A DNA stretch of 64,000 nt from Candidatus Latescibacterota bacterium (GTDB lineage Bacteria; Latescibacterota; UBA2968; UBA8231), in assembly GCA_965248355.1 (NCBI GenBank), contig OZ252098.1, positions 2,144,001 to 2,208,000 of the forward strand. Reading direction: 5' to 3'. Shown here in pieces: positions 46,601-58,935 of the stretch. A program made the translations under genes and the position numbers. Position 1 is the first letter of the stretch, and each line of letters opens with the position of its first letter. The notes beneath the pieces were generated by a model. The model was not told where the DNA came from, ran no database searches, and saw only the letters and a list, made by a program, of their open reading frames with translations.

Positions 46601-47898
46601 ATGCTGAGGAACTACGTCAAGGTCGCCCTCAAGGTGTTCTGGCGGCACAAGTTCCTCACCGCCGTCAACCTCTTCGGCATCTGCTTCACCCTCGTGGTGC
46701 TCATGGTGGCGGCCGCCGTCATCGACCAGCAGGTGGGGCCCATCCCGCCCGAGGTCAACGCCGGCCGCACCCTGCACCTGGGCTGGCTCGTCGTGGAGCG
46801 CGGCACCGGCGACGAGACCTTCCGGTCGATCCACAAGCCGAGCTATGCCTTCCTGGACCGCTACGTGCGCCCCTGGAGACCGCGGAGAACGTGGCCGTGT
46901 TCTCGGACCACAAGTACAGGGGATTGCCTGGCGGCGCCGAGGAGGGTTTCGCCACCGTGGTCGCCACGGATGCCGCCTACTGGGAGGTCTTCGGCTTCGA
47001 CTTCCGCCAGGGCCGGCCCTATTCCGGCCAGGAGGTGGAGGCCGGCGATCTCGTCGCCGTGATCCGCGCCGGCTTCAGCCGCCGCTTCTTCGGCTCCGAG
47101 GCGGTGACGGGCCGCAGCGTGCCCATCGACGGACGGAGCTACCGCGTCCTCGGCGTGGTGGCCGATCCCTCCAGCATGAGGGATATCTACGCCGACCTCT
47201 GGGTGCCGATGAGCACCGATCCCACCGGAGTGTGGCGAACCTACAAGCTCGATGGACGGTTCAACGCCGCGGTGCTGGCCCGGCGGCCGGCGGACGTGGG
47301 GCGCATCCGGGCCGAGCTCGCCGCCGTACTGGCGCAGGTGGAACCTCCGCCCGGCGAAGATCGCGCCCTGCGGGAAGTGGCCGCTCCGCTGCTCAGCACC
47401 TTGGAGGAATGGGCACGAAGCAATCAACAGGGCCGGAGAGGATGGGCGGATGCGTACAAAGAAGGGGATCCACAGCAGGCCGCCGCGGCCCAGCTGCGGT
47501 GGTGGCTGCTGACCTTGGCGGGCTGCGCGCTGCTGTTCATGCTCCTGCCTGCCCTCCACCTGGTCAATCTCAACATGGGCCGCATCGAGGAGCGCACCTC
47601 GGAGATCGGCGTGCGCAAGTCCTTCGGCGCCTCGACCCGCATCCTGGTGGGGCAGTTCGTCGCCGAGAACGTGCTGCTCACCCTGCTGGGCGCGGCGGCC
47701 AGCCTACCCCTCAGCTGGGGGATCCTGTCGCTCCTCGCGCTGCACGCCCCCCTCCACCTCGATGCCGGGGTCCTGGCCCGCACCTTCCTCTACGGGCTGT
47801 TGCTCGCCCTGTTCTTCGGGGCGGCCTCCGGGGCCTGGCCGGCCTGGAAGATGGCGCGCCTCCATCCCGTCCGGGCCCTCACCGGGAGGGAATCATGA
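46601..47898 (+). pseudogene. MacB/FtsX-type ABC permease with a 1-nt frameshift near 46870-46873
   Basis: MLRNYVKVALKVF...FLDRYVRP continues in another frame as ETAENVAVFS...ERTSEIGVRKSFGAS; one extra C in the C-run would restore the frame (paralog reads YVSPLAHAEKV). May be a sequencing error. Confidence 0.8.
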
Positions 47899-49157
47899 TC
47901 GCTCACCTGTGCCGCCTCGCCTGGAACCGTCGGCGGAGCTACCTGCTGCTCGTGGCCGAGCTGCTCGTGTCCTTCCTGGTGCTCACGCCCTTGACCGCCG
48001 GCTGGGTGCTGTTCGCCGCGGAGCGGCTCCGGCCCCTGGGTTTCGAGCACGAGAACGTGTGGTCCGCCATGGTCACGGACCGGGATCTCTTCGGCGAGGG
48101 CCGCGGGGAGTCCGCGGGCGAGTACCGGCGCAACATCGAGCTGGTATGGCGGGAGATCCGGACCCTCGACGGTGTCCAGGCGGTGGCCCTGGCCAGCGAC
48201 GCGCCCCTCCGCTTCTCCCACTCGTGGAACGGGATCAGCTCCGTCCACCTGTCGGACGAGGGTCTGCAAGCCCTGGGACTGCGGCTGCTTTCCGGACGCT
48301 GGTTCGAGCCCGAGGACGAGGCCCTCGACTGGACCCCGGCGGTCATCGACCGGCAGCTGGGCCGCGCTCTCTTCGGCGGCGAGGACCCCCTGGGCCGGGC
48401 AATCGGAGACTCGCCCTTGATCGAAGAGGAGGATGGGTACAATCCCCCCCGCCCCGACCTGGTCCGCGTCGTCGGCGTCGTGGAGAGCTGCTTCTACTAC
48501 GGGAGCTACCAGAACGTGAGCCCTGCCCGGGGGGCGTTTCTCGAGGTGCCCGGCTTCATCTTCCTGCGCCATGGCGGCAAGCTTCTCGACCATCCGACGA
48601 GCAATACGAGCCACTTCCTCGTAAAGGCCGCTCCGGGGGCTGGTCCGACCCTCGGGGAAAAGCTCCGGACCAGAGTCCGGGAGGTCCTCGCCACGGGCCG
48701 GTCCGTGCGCCTGGAGGTGGAGTCCCTGGCCCGGATCCGCGAAGACTCCCGCATGAACCGGCTCACGAATCTGGCATTCATCGCCGTCATCAGCGGCCTG
48801 ATGATGCTCATGGTGGCCCTCGGCCTGACCGGCATCATGTGGCAGAACGTGCGCCGGCGCACCCGCGAGATCGGCATCCGCCGCGCCGTGGGGGCGCCGG
48901 CCGGCCGCATCTACGGCCAGTTCCTGGGCGAGCTGGCGGTGCTGGTGACCGCGGCCATCGTCCTGGGCTGCGTGCCGCTGCTCCAGCTCGGGCTGCTGGA
49001 CATGGTGCTGGGGAGCCGGGTGCCAGGCACCGTGGCGGCCGCCGGCGTGGGAGCCACCGCCCTCGTGCTCTACCTGGGGGTGATGCTGTGCGGACTCTAT
49101 CCGAGCTGGCTGGCGGCGCGCGTGAAGCCCGCCGAGGCCTTGCACCACGACTATTGA
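47895..49157 (+). CDS. MacB/FtsX-type ABC permease
   Basis: MIAHLCRLAWNRRRS, PLGF, GRWF, RRTREIGIRRAVGA, YPSWLAARVKPAEALHHD. Confidence 0.92.
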   Translation: MIAHLCRLAWNRRRSYLLLVAELLVSFLVLTPLTAGWVLFAAERLRPLGFEHENVWSAMVTDRDLFGEGRGESAGEYRRNIELVWREIRTLDGVQAVALASDAPLRFSHSWNGISSVHLSDEGLQALGLRLLSGRWFEPEDEALDWTPAVIDRQLGRALFGGEDPLGRAIGDSPLIEEEDGYNPPRPDLVRVVGVVESCFYYGSYQNVSPARGAFLEVPGFIFLRHGGKLLDHPTSNTSHFLVKAAPGAGPTLGEKLRTRVREVLATGRSVRLEVESLARIREDSRMNRLTNLAFIAVISGLMMLMVALGLTGIMWQNVRRRTREIGIRRAVGAPAGRIYGQFLGELAVLVTAAIVLGCVPLLQLGLLDMVLGSRVPGTVAAAGVGATALVLYLGVMLCGLYPSWLAARVKPAEALHHDY

Positions 49158-49176
49158 GAGAACTGCAAAGGAGAGA

Positions 49177-49674
49177 GTGATGAAACCTGCTCTTTTGGTC
49201 CTCGTGCTTGGTCTTGTGAGTTGGCCGGGGCCCGCCCCCGTGCACGGTGAAGCGCAACTCGAACCACCCGGCGAGAGGCGGCACCTGGGATTCGTGCTGG
49301 CCCAGGGGCCCTCCGGAGAGCCGCGGGCGGCCATGCCGGGGTACTCGCGGGATCAGGGTGCCTTCGACGGGGAGATGTCGGCCGAATTCAAGGGGACCCG
49401 CTGGTGGTGGCTGTCCGGCTTCGTGAGCGGCTTCAGCATCGTCGGCCTGGTCCTGGTGGACGACGCCCTCGTTCCGAGGGACGCTTCCATATCGAGGAAG
49501 GAGTACGAGGCCATCCGCGGAGAGGGAATCGAGTACGTCCAGGCTTACCGGGAAGGCTACAGGAGGCATCTTCGCAAGAGGAGAGCGGCGAGCCACAACC
49601 ATGGATCGTTCTGGGGATTCGTCACGGTGCTCGGAGTGGTCTCCGTGAAGGCCGCGCTCGCGCTGCTCGACTGA
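49177..49674 (+). CDS. Hypothetical exported/membrane protein
   Basis: AAGGAG RBS, signal peptide, two further hydrophobic Gly-rich segments. Confidence 0.65.
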   Translation: MMKPALLVLVLGLVSWPGPAPVHGEAQLEPPGERRHLGFVLAQGPSGEPRAAMPGYSRDQGAFDGEMSAEFKGTRWWWLSGFVSGFSIVGLVLVDDALVPRDASISRKEYEAIRGEGIEYVQAYREGYRRHLRKRRAASHNHGSFWGFVTVLGVVSVKAALALLD

Positions 49675-49711
49675 CCATGGTCACCGACAACTCCGCAAAC
49701 GGGAGGCACCC

Positions 49712-50959
49712 ATGCTGAAGAACTACATGAAGATCGGCCTCAAGGTGCTGTTGCGGCGCAAGCTCTTCACCTGCATCAGCCTCTTCACCATCAGCTTCAC
49801 CCTCATGGTGCTGATGGTGGCGGCCTCCTTGTTCGACCACGTCTTCGGCTCCTTTCCCCCGGAGACGCGCTCGGACCGCACGCTGCTGCTGAGCTCGATG
49901 AGAGGGGAACACGACGAGTCGACGGGCTACCGCCGGCAGGGGCCGAGCTACGCCTTCTTGGAGCGCTACGTCTCTCCCCTGGCCCATGCGGAGAAGGTCT
50001 CCATCTACGGGGCGACCACCACGGTGACGACCTTCCGCGAGGGCGAGAAGATCGAGTCCCAGCTCAAGTCCACGGACGGGGCGTTCTGGGAGATCCTCGA
50101 GTTCGACTTCCTCGAAGGCCGCCCCTATTCCGAGGAGGAGGTGGAGGAGGGCCGGCGGGTGGCGGTGATCAACGAGGCGACGCGCCGCGTGTTCTTCGGG
50201 GAGGAAGAGGCCGTGGGCCGCTACATCGACCTGGGGGACCGGGCCTTCCGCGTCGTCGGGGTCGTGCCCAACGTGCCGGTCTTCCGCATGGTTCCCTTCG
50301 CCGATGTCTGGGTGCCCCACAGCGCCTTCGGGACCGACGCCTACCGGCGGTACGACTCCCTCTTCGGGCACTTCCAGGCGCTGATCCTGGCGCCCAGCGC
50401 GGCAGAGATACCGCTCATCCACGAGGAGTTCGCCGATGTGCTCACGCGCATCGAGTACCCCAATCCCGACAAGATCAACCGCCTCACCGGCGGCCCGACG
50501 ACGCTGCTGGACATGGTGGCGAACATCGTCTTCACCCTGGGCACGCTGACCGGCCGCGGGCTCATGGTGCTCGTCCTCGTCCTCGCCCTGCTCTTCATGC
50601 TCCTGCCCGTCATCAGCCTGGTCAACATCAACACCACCCGCATCCTCGAGCGCGCCTCCGAGATCGGCGTGCGCAAGGCCTTCGGCGGGTCGTCGCTCAC
50701 CCTGGTGGGCCAGTTCCTGATGGAGAACGTCATCCTCACGCTGCTCGGCGGCGCCCTGGGGCTGGTGCTCACCTACCTGGTCCTGCAGATGCTCGGCGCC
50801 GCCGCCATCGTCCAGTACGCCGAGTTCCGGCTGAACCACCGCATCTTCCTCTACGGCCTGGTGATGACCCTGTTCTTCGGTCTCGTCTCCGGCGTCTGGC
50901 CGGCCTGGAAGATGTCGCGCCTGCACGTCGTGGAGGCCTTCCGGAGGAGGAAGCAATGA
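49712..50959 (+). CDS. MacB/FtsX-type ABC permease
   Basis: MLKNYMKIGLKVLLRRK, ERASEIGVRKAFGGS, VSGVWPAWKMSRL. Confidence 0.93.
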   Translation: MLKNYMKIGLKVLLRRKLFTCISLFTISFTLMVLMVAASLFDHVFGSFPPETRSDRTLLLSSMRGEHDESTGYRRQGPSYAFLERYVSPLAHAEKVSIYGATTTVTTFREGEKIESQLKSTDGAFWEILEFDFLEGRPYSEEEVEEGRRVAVINEATRRVFFGEEEAVGRYIDLGDRAFRVVGVVPNVPVFRMVPFADVWVPHSAFGTDAYRRYDSLFGHFQALILAPSAAEIPLIHEEFADVLTRIEYPNPDKINRLTGGPTTLLDMVANIVFTLGTLTGRGLMVLVLVLALLFMLLPVISLVNINTTRILERASEIGVRKAFGGSSLTLVGQFLMENVILTLLGGALGLVLTYLVLQMLGAAAIVQYAEFRLNHRIFLYGLVMTLFFGLVSGVWPAWKMSRLHVVEAFRRRKQ

Positions 50960-52121
50960 TCCGCCACTTGTGCAAGATCGTCTGGAACCGCAAGAGGTCC
51001 AACGGGCTGACCGCCCTGCAGATCTTCATCTCCTTCCTGCTGCTCTTCGTCACCCTCTCCCTCGCCCTGGACAAGTCCGCCAACTACCGGCGGCCCCTCG
51101 GATACTCCTACGAGGACCGGTGGGTCGTGAACTTCAACCCGGACCGGCTGATGGAACCGGAAAGCGAGGCGGCCCCCGTCGGCCGCGAGCAGGTCTACCG
51201 GGTCCTGAAGGGATTCGACTGGATCGAGTCGGTCTCCTCCTCGGACTACGTGGCCCTGCCCTTCGCCTTCGGTTTCCAGGCCCAGTTCAGCGTCGATGGA
51301 CGTTTCGTCTCCAATGGCGTCGTCTCGGACGATTTCCACCACACCCTCGGGATCGAGCTGGTGAGCGGAAGGTGGTTCGGCGAGGAGGACGCGGCCCTGG
51401 ACTGGGATCCGATCGTGATCACCCGGCCCCTCGCCGAGGCCCTCTTCGGCAACGACGATCCCCTCGGCCGGCGGATCGAGGAGTGGGAGGGGTACCAGGG
51501 ACGGATCGTCGGGGTGGTCTCCGACTACCGCCGCGGCGGCGAGTTCTCCTCTCCCGGGTTCTTCGTCTTCGAGCGCCTGGGCGAGGAGGAACGCAGGCAG
51601 AACTTCCTGGTCAAGGTGCGCCCCGGAACGCCACTGGCCGCCCAGGAGCAGATCGAGCGGCGGCTCCGGGCCATGGCACCGGGCTACGGAGTCGGGATCA
51701 CCACCCTGGCGGAGCACCGCGCCGCCGCCTTCAAGCTGACCCTGGTGCCCCTCTTCGCCCTCGGGGTCGTCTCGGCCCTGGTGCTGGGCATGGTGGCCCT
51801 GTCCCTGAGCGGCGTGCTGTGGCAGCGGGCCACGCTGAGGGTCGAGGAGATCGGCCTGAGGAGGGCCCTGGGCGGGTCGGCGGCCAGTATCTTTGCCCAG
51901 TTGACGGGCGAGATGCTGCTGGTGGCCAGCGCCGGCGTGCTCGCCGCCGTGCTGCTGATCGTGCAGTTGCCGCTGCTGGACCTGCTCGACTACGGCCGCG
52001 GGATCTTCGCCCTCGGCCTGGTCCTCTCGGCCCTGGTGGTCTACGGGCTCGTGGTCGCGTGCAGTCTCTACCCGGGGCGTCTGGCCTGCCGCATCCGGCC
52101 GGCCGAGGCCCTGCACTCCGA

Positions 52122-52125
<4 letters not shown>
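50956..52125 (+). CDS. MacB/FtsX-type ABC permease
   Basis: MIRHLCKIVWNRKRSN, EEIGLRRALG, YPGRLACRIRPAEALHSE. Confidence 0.92.
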
Positions 52126-53512
<1,387 letters not shown>

Positions 53513-53516
<4 letters not shown>

Positions 53517-54811
53517 GCCTGCGCTTCAAGCTCGTCCTCTACCTGGTCGGCATCCACCTCGTCTTCGCCGGGGTCTCCGGGTACCTGCTGCTGGACGAGA
53601 AGCCCTGGCTGCTGGCCCTCGAGCTGTTCTTCGTCCTCTCCTTCGTGGCCGGCGCCCGCCTGATCCACCATCTGCGCCTGCCCCTCGACCTGATCGGCAC
53701 CGGCGCCGAGCTGATCGGCGAGCGCGACTTCACCAGCAAGTTCATCGAGGTGGGCCAGCCCGAGATGGACCGGCTCGTGGGCGTGTACAACCGCATGATC
53801 GACCAGCTGCGCGAGGAGCGCACGCGGCTGGAGGAACAGCACTACTTCATGGACAAGATCCTGGCGGCCTCGCCGTCGGGGATCGTCACCCTCGACTTCG
53901 ACGGCGGGATCGCCCTGGCCAACCCCGCCGCCGCGCGCCTGCTGGGGCTGGCCGAAGACGAGGCCGCCGGCCGCGGGCTGGACGAGCTGGGGACCGCCTT
54001 CGGCCGCTCCCTGGGGGCGCTGGCCGTGGGCGGGTCCGAGATCCTGCCGGTGCTGGGACGGCGGGTGCGCTGCCGCAAGTCGCAGTTCCTGGACCAGGGA
54101 TTCCCCCGCGCCTTCATCCTCATGGAGGAGTTGACCGAGGAGCTGCGGCTCTCGGAGAAGGCGGCCTACGAGAAGGTCATCCGCCTGCTCTCGCACGAGG
54201 TGAACAACTCCACGGGGGCCGTCAATTCCCTGCTCCACTCCTGTCTCAACTACAAGGACCAGCTGCGCGAGGACGACCGCGGCGACTTCGAGAACGCCCT
54301 GCAGGTGGCCAGCGGCCGCATCGACCATCTCAGCGCCTTCATGCGCAGCTACGCCGAGGTGGTGCGGCTGCCGGCGCCGCGCCCCCACCCGGTGGACCTG
54401 GAGGACCTCCTGCGCGGCATCGCCCTGCTCATGCGCGCCGAGTGCGAGGGGCGCAGGATCGAGTGGGACTGGCAGGTGCAGGAGGACCTGGCCCCCGTCG
54501 CCATGGACGAGGGCCAGATGGAGCAGGTCTTCGTCAACATCCTCAGGAACGCGGTGGAGGCGATCGGCGAGGACGGCCGGATCACCATTCGCCTGGGGGT
54601 CGAGGACCGGCCCTTCGCCGTGGTCGAGGACACGGGGCCGGGGATCGACCCGGAGGTGGCCGAGAGCCTGTTCACCCCCTTCTTCAGCACCAGGGAGAAC
54701 CGCCGCGGCCTCGGCCTGACCCTGGTGCAGGAGATCCTGGGCCGGCACGGCTTCGCCTTCTCCCTGGAGAGTCCGGCCGGCGAGCCGACCCGGTTCTCCA
54801 TCCGCTTCTGA
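53513..54811 (+). CDS. Sensor histidine kinase (2 TM, HAMP, PAS-like, HisKA, HATPase)
   Basis: SHEVNN H-box, NILRNAVEA, EDTGPGI, LFTPFFST, GLGL. Confidence 0.94.
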
Positions 54812-57303
54812 TGGGCCCGGGGACGAGGGGACTGGCGGTCCTGGCGGTCCTGTGGGCGGTCGCGGCCCATGGCCAACCCTGGTGGGTGCGCGGCACCGTC
54901 CTCGACGCGGCCACCGGGCAGCCCCTGCCGGCGGCCACCGTGCGGCTGGCCGGCACCTTCCGGGGCACCATCGCCAACGACGAGGGCGCCTACCGGATCG
55001 AGGTGCGGAGGTGGCCGTCCACCCTGAGGGTGAACCACATCGGCTACGCCTCCCGGGACAGCCTCCTGGCCGCTCCCCCCGGGCGCGTCGACTTCGTGCT
55101 GGCGCCGGCGCCCTACCCTCTCGAACCGCTGGTGGTGACCCCCGGAGATCCGGCCGAGGGCATCATGGCCCGGGTCATCCGCAACAAGCAGGCCTGGAGG
55201 CCGCTCCTGGCCAGCTACCGCGCCCGGGCCTATACGCGGCGGGTCCTCGAAAACGACGAGGGCATCGTCACCATCGGGGAAACGGCCTCGGAGATCTCCT
55301 GGGACCGGGACCGCGGACTCCGCGAGGTGGTCAAGTCGCGGCGCACGACCAGCAACCTGGATGCCGAGACCGCATACGTATCGGCCCTGCAGGGGTTCGT
55401 CGACTTCTACGACGACGACATCCCCATGCTCGGACACTCCCTCGTCGGGCCCACCCATCCGGAGGCCCTCGACCACTACCGGTTCCGCCTGGCGGGCCGG
55501 CGCTACCTGGACGAGCAGGTGGTCTTCGACATCTCGGTCGAGCCCCGGAGCCGGCTGGCGGCCGCCTTCGTGGGCCGCGTCTCGGTCCTCGACGGCGCCT
55601 TCTCCCTCCTCGAGGTGGAGCTGGCGCCGAGCCGCGCGGCCCTGGCCTCGGCCGTTCCCCTGCCCGTGGTGGAGCGCCTGGAGTTCTCCTGGCGCCAGCA
55701 GTTCCGCGGCTTCGGCGAGGTCTGGCTGCCGGTGGACCACCGGTTCTCGCTGAAGGCGGAGATCGGCATGGTGGGCCTGCGCTTCCCCGCGGCGGGATTC
55801 ACCTCCCTGACGCGGCTGGACGACTACGAGGTCAACGCCGACCTGCCCGATTCCCTCTACGCCGGCGAGGAGGTGCTGCGCGTCGATTCCGTGGCCGTGG
55901 CCCGGGACACCACCTTCGCCCGGCTGGCGGACAAGGTGCCCCTCTCCGACCGGGAGCGGGAGGCCTACGCCGCCATCGACAGCACCGTGCGGCTCGAGCG
56001 GGCCTTCCGGCCCACCGGGGTTCTCGCCCGCCTGCTGATCCGGGACATGGAAGAGGAAGGGGAGGAGAGGGAGGCGGCCGGCGAAGCTCCGCCGGGGACC
56101 GGGGAGGTAGTGGGTCGGCCGCGCGGGCTGGGGATCGATGTGAAGCCCGATCTGCTCTATGACCGGGTGGGTGGAGCGCACCTGGGCCTGGAGGGCCGCC
56201 GGGTCTGGCCGGCGGCCGGGGAGGCGGCGCCGGGTACGACGTGGGTCCGGAGCCCGGGTCGGGCCGACCTGGAGGCGGGCGCCGGCGGCGCCTGGGACCT
56301 GGGCCTGAAGCGCTGGTCCTGGCGGGGCCGGGCCGCCTGGGGATGGGAGAAGGTGGACCGGAGCACCACCCGGCTGCGCGCGGCCGTGGAATACGGCAGC
56401 GGCAAGGTGCCGCGCAGCCACTCGGATACATACACCCTCCTGCTCAACAGCGCCCAGAGCCTGCTGGGCCTGGACGACTACTTCGACTACTACTGGAGCG
56501 AGGGGCTGCGGGCGCGGATCCAGCTCTGGCTGCCGGGGCGGATCCTCGTGGAGGCCGGCCTCAAGGACGAGGCGCACTCCTCCCTGGCGGAGACGACGAC
56601 CTTCAACCTGCTGGGCCGGGAGTGGAGGCCGCGGACCAACCCGGCCGTCGAGGAGGGGCGTCTGCGCTCGGTGGAAGGGTGCTTCGAGTGGGGCGGCCCG
56701 TACCGGCCCTTCGGGCTGAGGGCCAACCGGCGGGTCGAGGTGAAGGTGGAGCACGGCGGCGCCCTGGGCGGCGACTTCTCCTTCTCCCGCCTGCACCTGG
56801 CCCTCGACGGCCACTTCAAGACCCTCCTCCGGCGCCGGTCCGCGCCCAACGCCCTCGATCTGCGGCTGGTGGCGGGCTACGCCTTCGGCCGGTTGCCCCT
56901 GCAGCGCTTCGGGACTCTGGAGGCGGGTCTGCTCCCGTTCTCGCCCTTCGGCGTCTTCCGCACCGTGCGCGGCCATCCCCACGAGGGGGAGCACTACGCG
57001 GCCCTCTACTGGGAGCACAACTTCAAGGGGGCGCCCTTCGAGCTGCTGGGGCTGTGGGACTGGGCCATGCGGGGGGCGGGGCTGGTGGCGCACGGGGCCT
57101 CGGGCCGCACCTGGATCGACCCGGAGCGCCTGGCCGGCCTGGGGTACGATCCGCGCTACCAGGACGGCTTCCGCCACGAGGCCGGGGTCTCGCTGGTGCT
57201 CTTCCACCTGCTGCGCCTCGACTTCACCCGGCGGCTGGACCGCGCCGGCTGGAGCGCCGGGGCGAGCCTGGCGCGTTTCGATTCGGGGACCTTCGGGGGC
57301 TGA
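54811..57303 (+). CDS. Outer-membrane protein, carboxypeptidase-regulatory-like domain + DUF5686-like barrel
   Basis: ATG overlaps HK stop; signal peptide; VRGTVLDAATGQPLPAATV...IGY; YRARAYTR, LDHYRFRL, LPLQR, HEAGVSL...LRLDFT. Confidence 0.75.
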   Translation: MGPGTRGLAVLAVLWAVAAHGQPWWVRGTVLDAATGQPLPAATVRLAGTFRGTIANDEGAYRIEVRRWPSTLRVNHIGYASRDSLLAAPPGRVDFVLAPAPYPLEPLVVTPGDPAEGIMARVIRNKQAWRPLLASYRARAYTRRVLENDEGIVTIGETASEISWDRDRGLREVVKSRRTTSNLDAETAYVSALQGFVDFYDDDIPMLGHSLVGPTHPEALDHYRFRLAGRRYLDEQVVFDISVEPRSRLAAAFVGRVSVLDGAFSLLEVELAPSRAALASAVPLPVVERLEFSWRQQFRGFGEVWLPVDHRFSLKAEIGMVGLRFPAAGFTSLTRLDDYEVNADLPDSLYAGEEVLRVDSVAVARDTTFARLADKVPLSDREREAYAAIDSTVRLERAFRPTGVLARLLIRDMEEEGEEREAAGEAPPGTGEVVGRPRGLGIDVKPDLLYDRVGGAHLGLEGRRVWPAAGEAAPGTTWVRSPGRADLEAGAGGAWDLGLKRWSWRGRAAWGWEKVDRSTTRLRAAVEYGSGKVPRSHSDTYTLLLNSAQSLLGLDDYFDYYWSEGLRARIQLWLPGRILVEAGLKDEAHSSLAETTTFNLLGREWRPRTNPAVEEGRLRSVEGCFEWGGPYRPFGLRANRRVEVKVEHGGALGGDFSFSRLHLALDGHFKTLLRRRSAPNALDLRLVAGYAFGRLPLQRFGTLEAGLLPFSPFGVFRTVRGHPHEGEHYAALYWEHNFKGAPFELLGLWDWAMRGAGLVAHGASGRTWIDPERLAGLGYDPRYQDGFRHEAGVSLVLFHLLRLDFTRRLDRAGWSAGASLARFDSGTFGG

Positions 57304-57332
57304 CGGCGGCCGCAGGGCGCCGCGCCGGATGA

Positions 57333-58625
57333 TCAGCCGGCGGTGAGCCGGCTCACGTCGACGATGTAGAGCTGGCGGTGGCCCTCGTGAACCGAGTCGA
57401 TGCAGACCTGGGTGCCGTCGCGGTTCCAGCGGGGATGGAGATCGCAGCGGATCTCGCCGGTGATCGCGGGCGGCGAGAAGAAGCGGCCCACGTCCACCCG
57501 CCGGTCCCCGGCCAGGTCGTAGAGGATCAGCGTGCGGCTGGTCCCGCCCCGGGGATAGGTGTCGGTGAGCAGCCAGCGGCCGTCGGGCGAGTAGCTGCAG
57601 TGGCCGTCCTCGGTCAGGAGGCCCTCGCCGAGCACCTCCACCTGGTGGTGGACGCGGTCCCGGAAGACCAGGTAGCGGTCGCCGATGCCCCGGTGGAAAC
57701 CCCAGGCCAGGATGTGGTCCGGGTCGCGCCAGTCGAAGTGGGACACCGCGCCGTGGGAGGCGACGATGGCCAGCTCGCCGCCGTCGGGCCGCGCCGTGAT
57801 CATGCGGTGATGGCGGGGCGCGTCGGGGCTCGTCTGCCAGCGATGGAGGAAGACGAAGCGCCGGTCGTCGGGCGAGAACTGGAGATGGTTGAAGCGGTGG
57901 ACGGCGCCGTCGAAGCCGGGGCCCCGCTCGATGGCGGCCACCTGCGCCAGGGAGAGGATCAGGCGGTTCTCGCCGGTCTCGACGTCGAGCCACCAGATCC
58001 CGTCGTCCTCCGGCTCCGGCACCTCCCGCCCGGGGTCGGCCACCCCGGGGTAGCCGTACCCGGGCCGCTGGTGCTGCAGGCGGGAGAAGCTCGGGGTCAC
58101 CGCCTGGCGGCCGTCACGGCTCAGGGCGTAGACCGGGCGCGGCAGGGTGCGCACCACCGCCCCGCTCGACGTCTCCCGCACGACGGCGACAAAGCGGGGA
58201 CCGCCATCCGGGGAATCCTCCCAGCCGCGCTCGCTGGGCCGCTCCGGCTCCTCGCCCGCCTCCAGCCGGTCGTTGTGGATGACCCAGGGTGTCTCCGGCC
58301 GGGGGTCGCGGGCGGCCACGTGTCCGGCGGCGTGCGGCACCGGCAGCCAGTGGAGCATCGAGCTCTGCTGCCAGCACCAGGCGCTGGTCCGGCCGAGGGG
58401 CCGGAACGCCCCGTCGTCCTGCAGGTCGACGACGCCCACGGCGGCGGTGTCCCGGGCGGTGGGCGGCCGCCCGAGAAAGTCCGTCTCCAGGCAGAGCAGG
58501 TAGCGCCCGCTGCCGTCCCAGCAACTCTTGTCGTAGTACCCGAAGAAGTGATGCCGGGGTCCGCGCGTCACCGCGCGGACGGGGAAGTCCGACTCCCAGC
58601 GCGGTGTCGGGGATGGATCGCTCAT
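57333..58625 (-). CDS. Beta-propeller protein (oligogalacturonate-lyase/TolB-like)
   Basis: HHFFGYYDK, FNHLQFSPD.RFVFLHRW, DGHCSYSPDGRWLLTDTYP, RCDLHPRW. Confidence 0.8.
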   Translation of the reverse strand: MSDPSPTPRWESDFPVRAVTRGPRHHFFGYYDKSCWDGSGRYLLCLETDFLGRPPTARDTAAVGVVDLQDDGAFRPLGRTSAWCWQQSSMLHWLPVPHAAGHVAARDPRPETPWVIHNDRLEAGEEPERPSERGWEDSPDGGPRFVAVVRETSSGAVVRTLPRPVYALSRDGRQAVTPSFSRLQHQRPGYGYPGVADPGREVPEPEDDGIWWLDVETGENRLILSLAQVAAIERGPGFDGAVHRFNHLQFSPDDRRFVFLHRWQTSPDAPRHHRMITARPDGGELAIVASHGAVSHFDWRDPDHILAWGFHRGIGDRYLVFRDRVHHQVEVLGEGLLTEDGHCSYSPDGRWLLTDTYPRGGTSRTLILYDLAGDRRVDVGRFFSPPAITGEIRCDLHPRWNRDGTQVCIDSVHEGHRQLYIVDVSRLTAG

Positions 58626-58671
58626 CGTCCGGGCCCGCTCCTCGAGGCCACGGGGCTCGTGGGCGTCCGGA

Positions 58672-58935
58672 TCAGTTGGCGCCCGGCGTCTCGCTCTCGA
58701 GGTGCTTCACCTCCAGGGTCTTGAGGTAATCCTGAAGGGCCCGGCCGTCGCCCGGGAGGTCGAGCACGTCGGAGAAAGGCCACATGTCCCCCTGCAGGAA
58801 CTCGATGGCGCTCTCGTGGTCCTGCGAGGTCGGTGCGGTGGACATGTCCTTGATGGCCTGGAGAATGACGGCGGCGGCCAGCCGACGATGTCCGTCGAAC
58901 TGGGCCCGGTAGGCGGATTTGCGTTGCTTGGCCAT
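58672..58935 (-). CDS. Small hypothetical protein
   Basis: 87 aa; RLAAAVILQAIKD...AIEFL...WPFSDVLDL; AT-rich upstream region. Confidence 0.7.
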   Translation of the reverse strand: MAKQRKSAYRAQFDGHRRLAAAVILQAIKDMSTAPTSQDHESAIEFLQGDMWPFSDVLDLPGDGRALQDYLKTLEVKHLESETPGAN

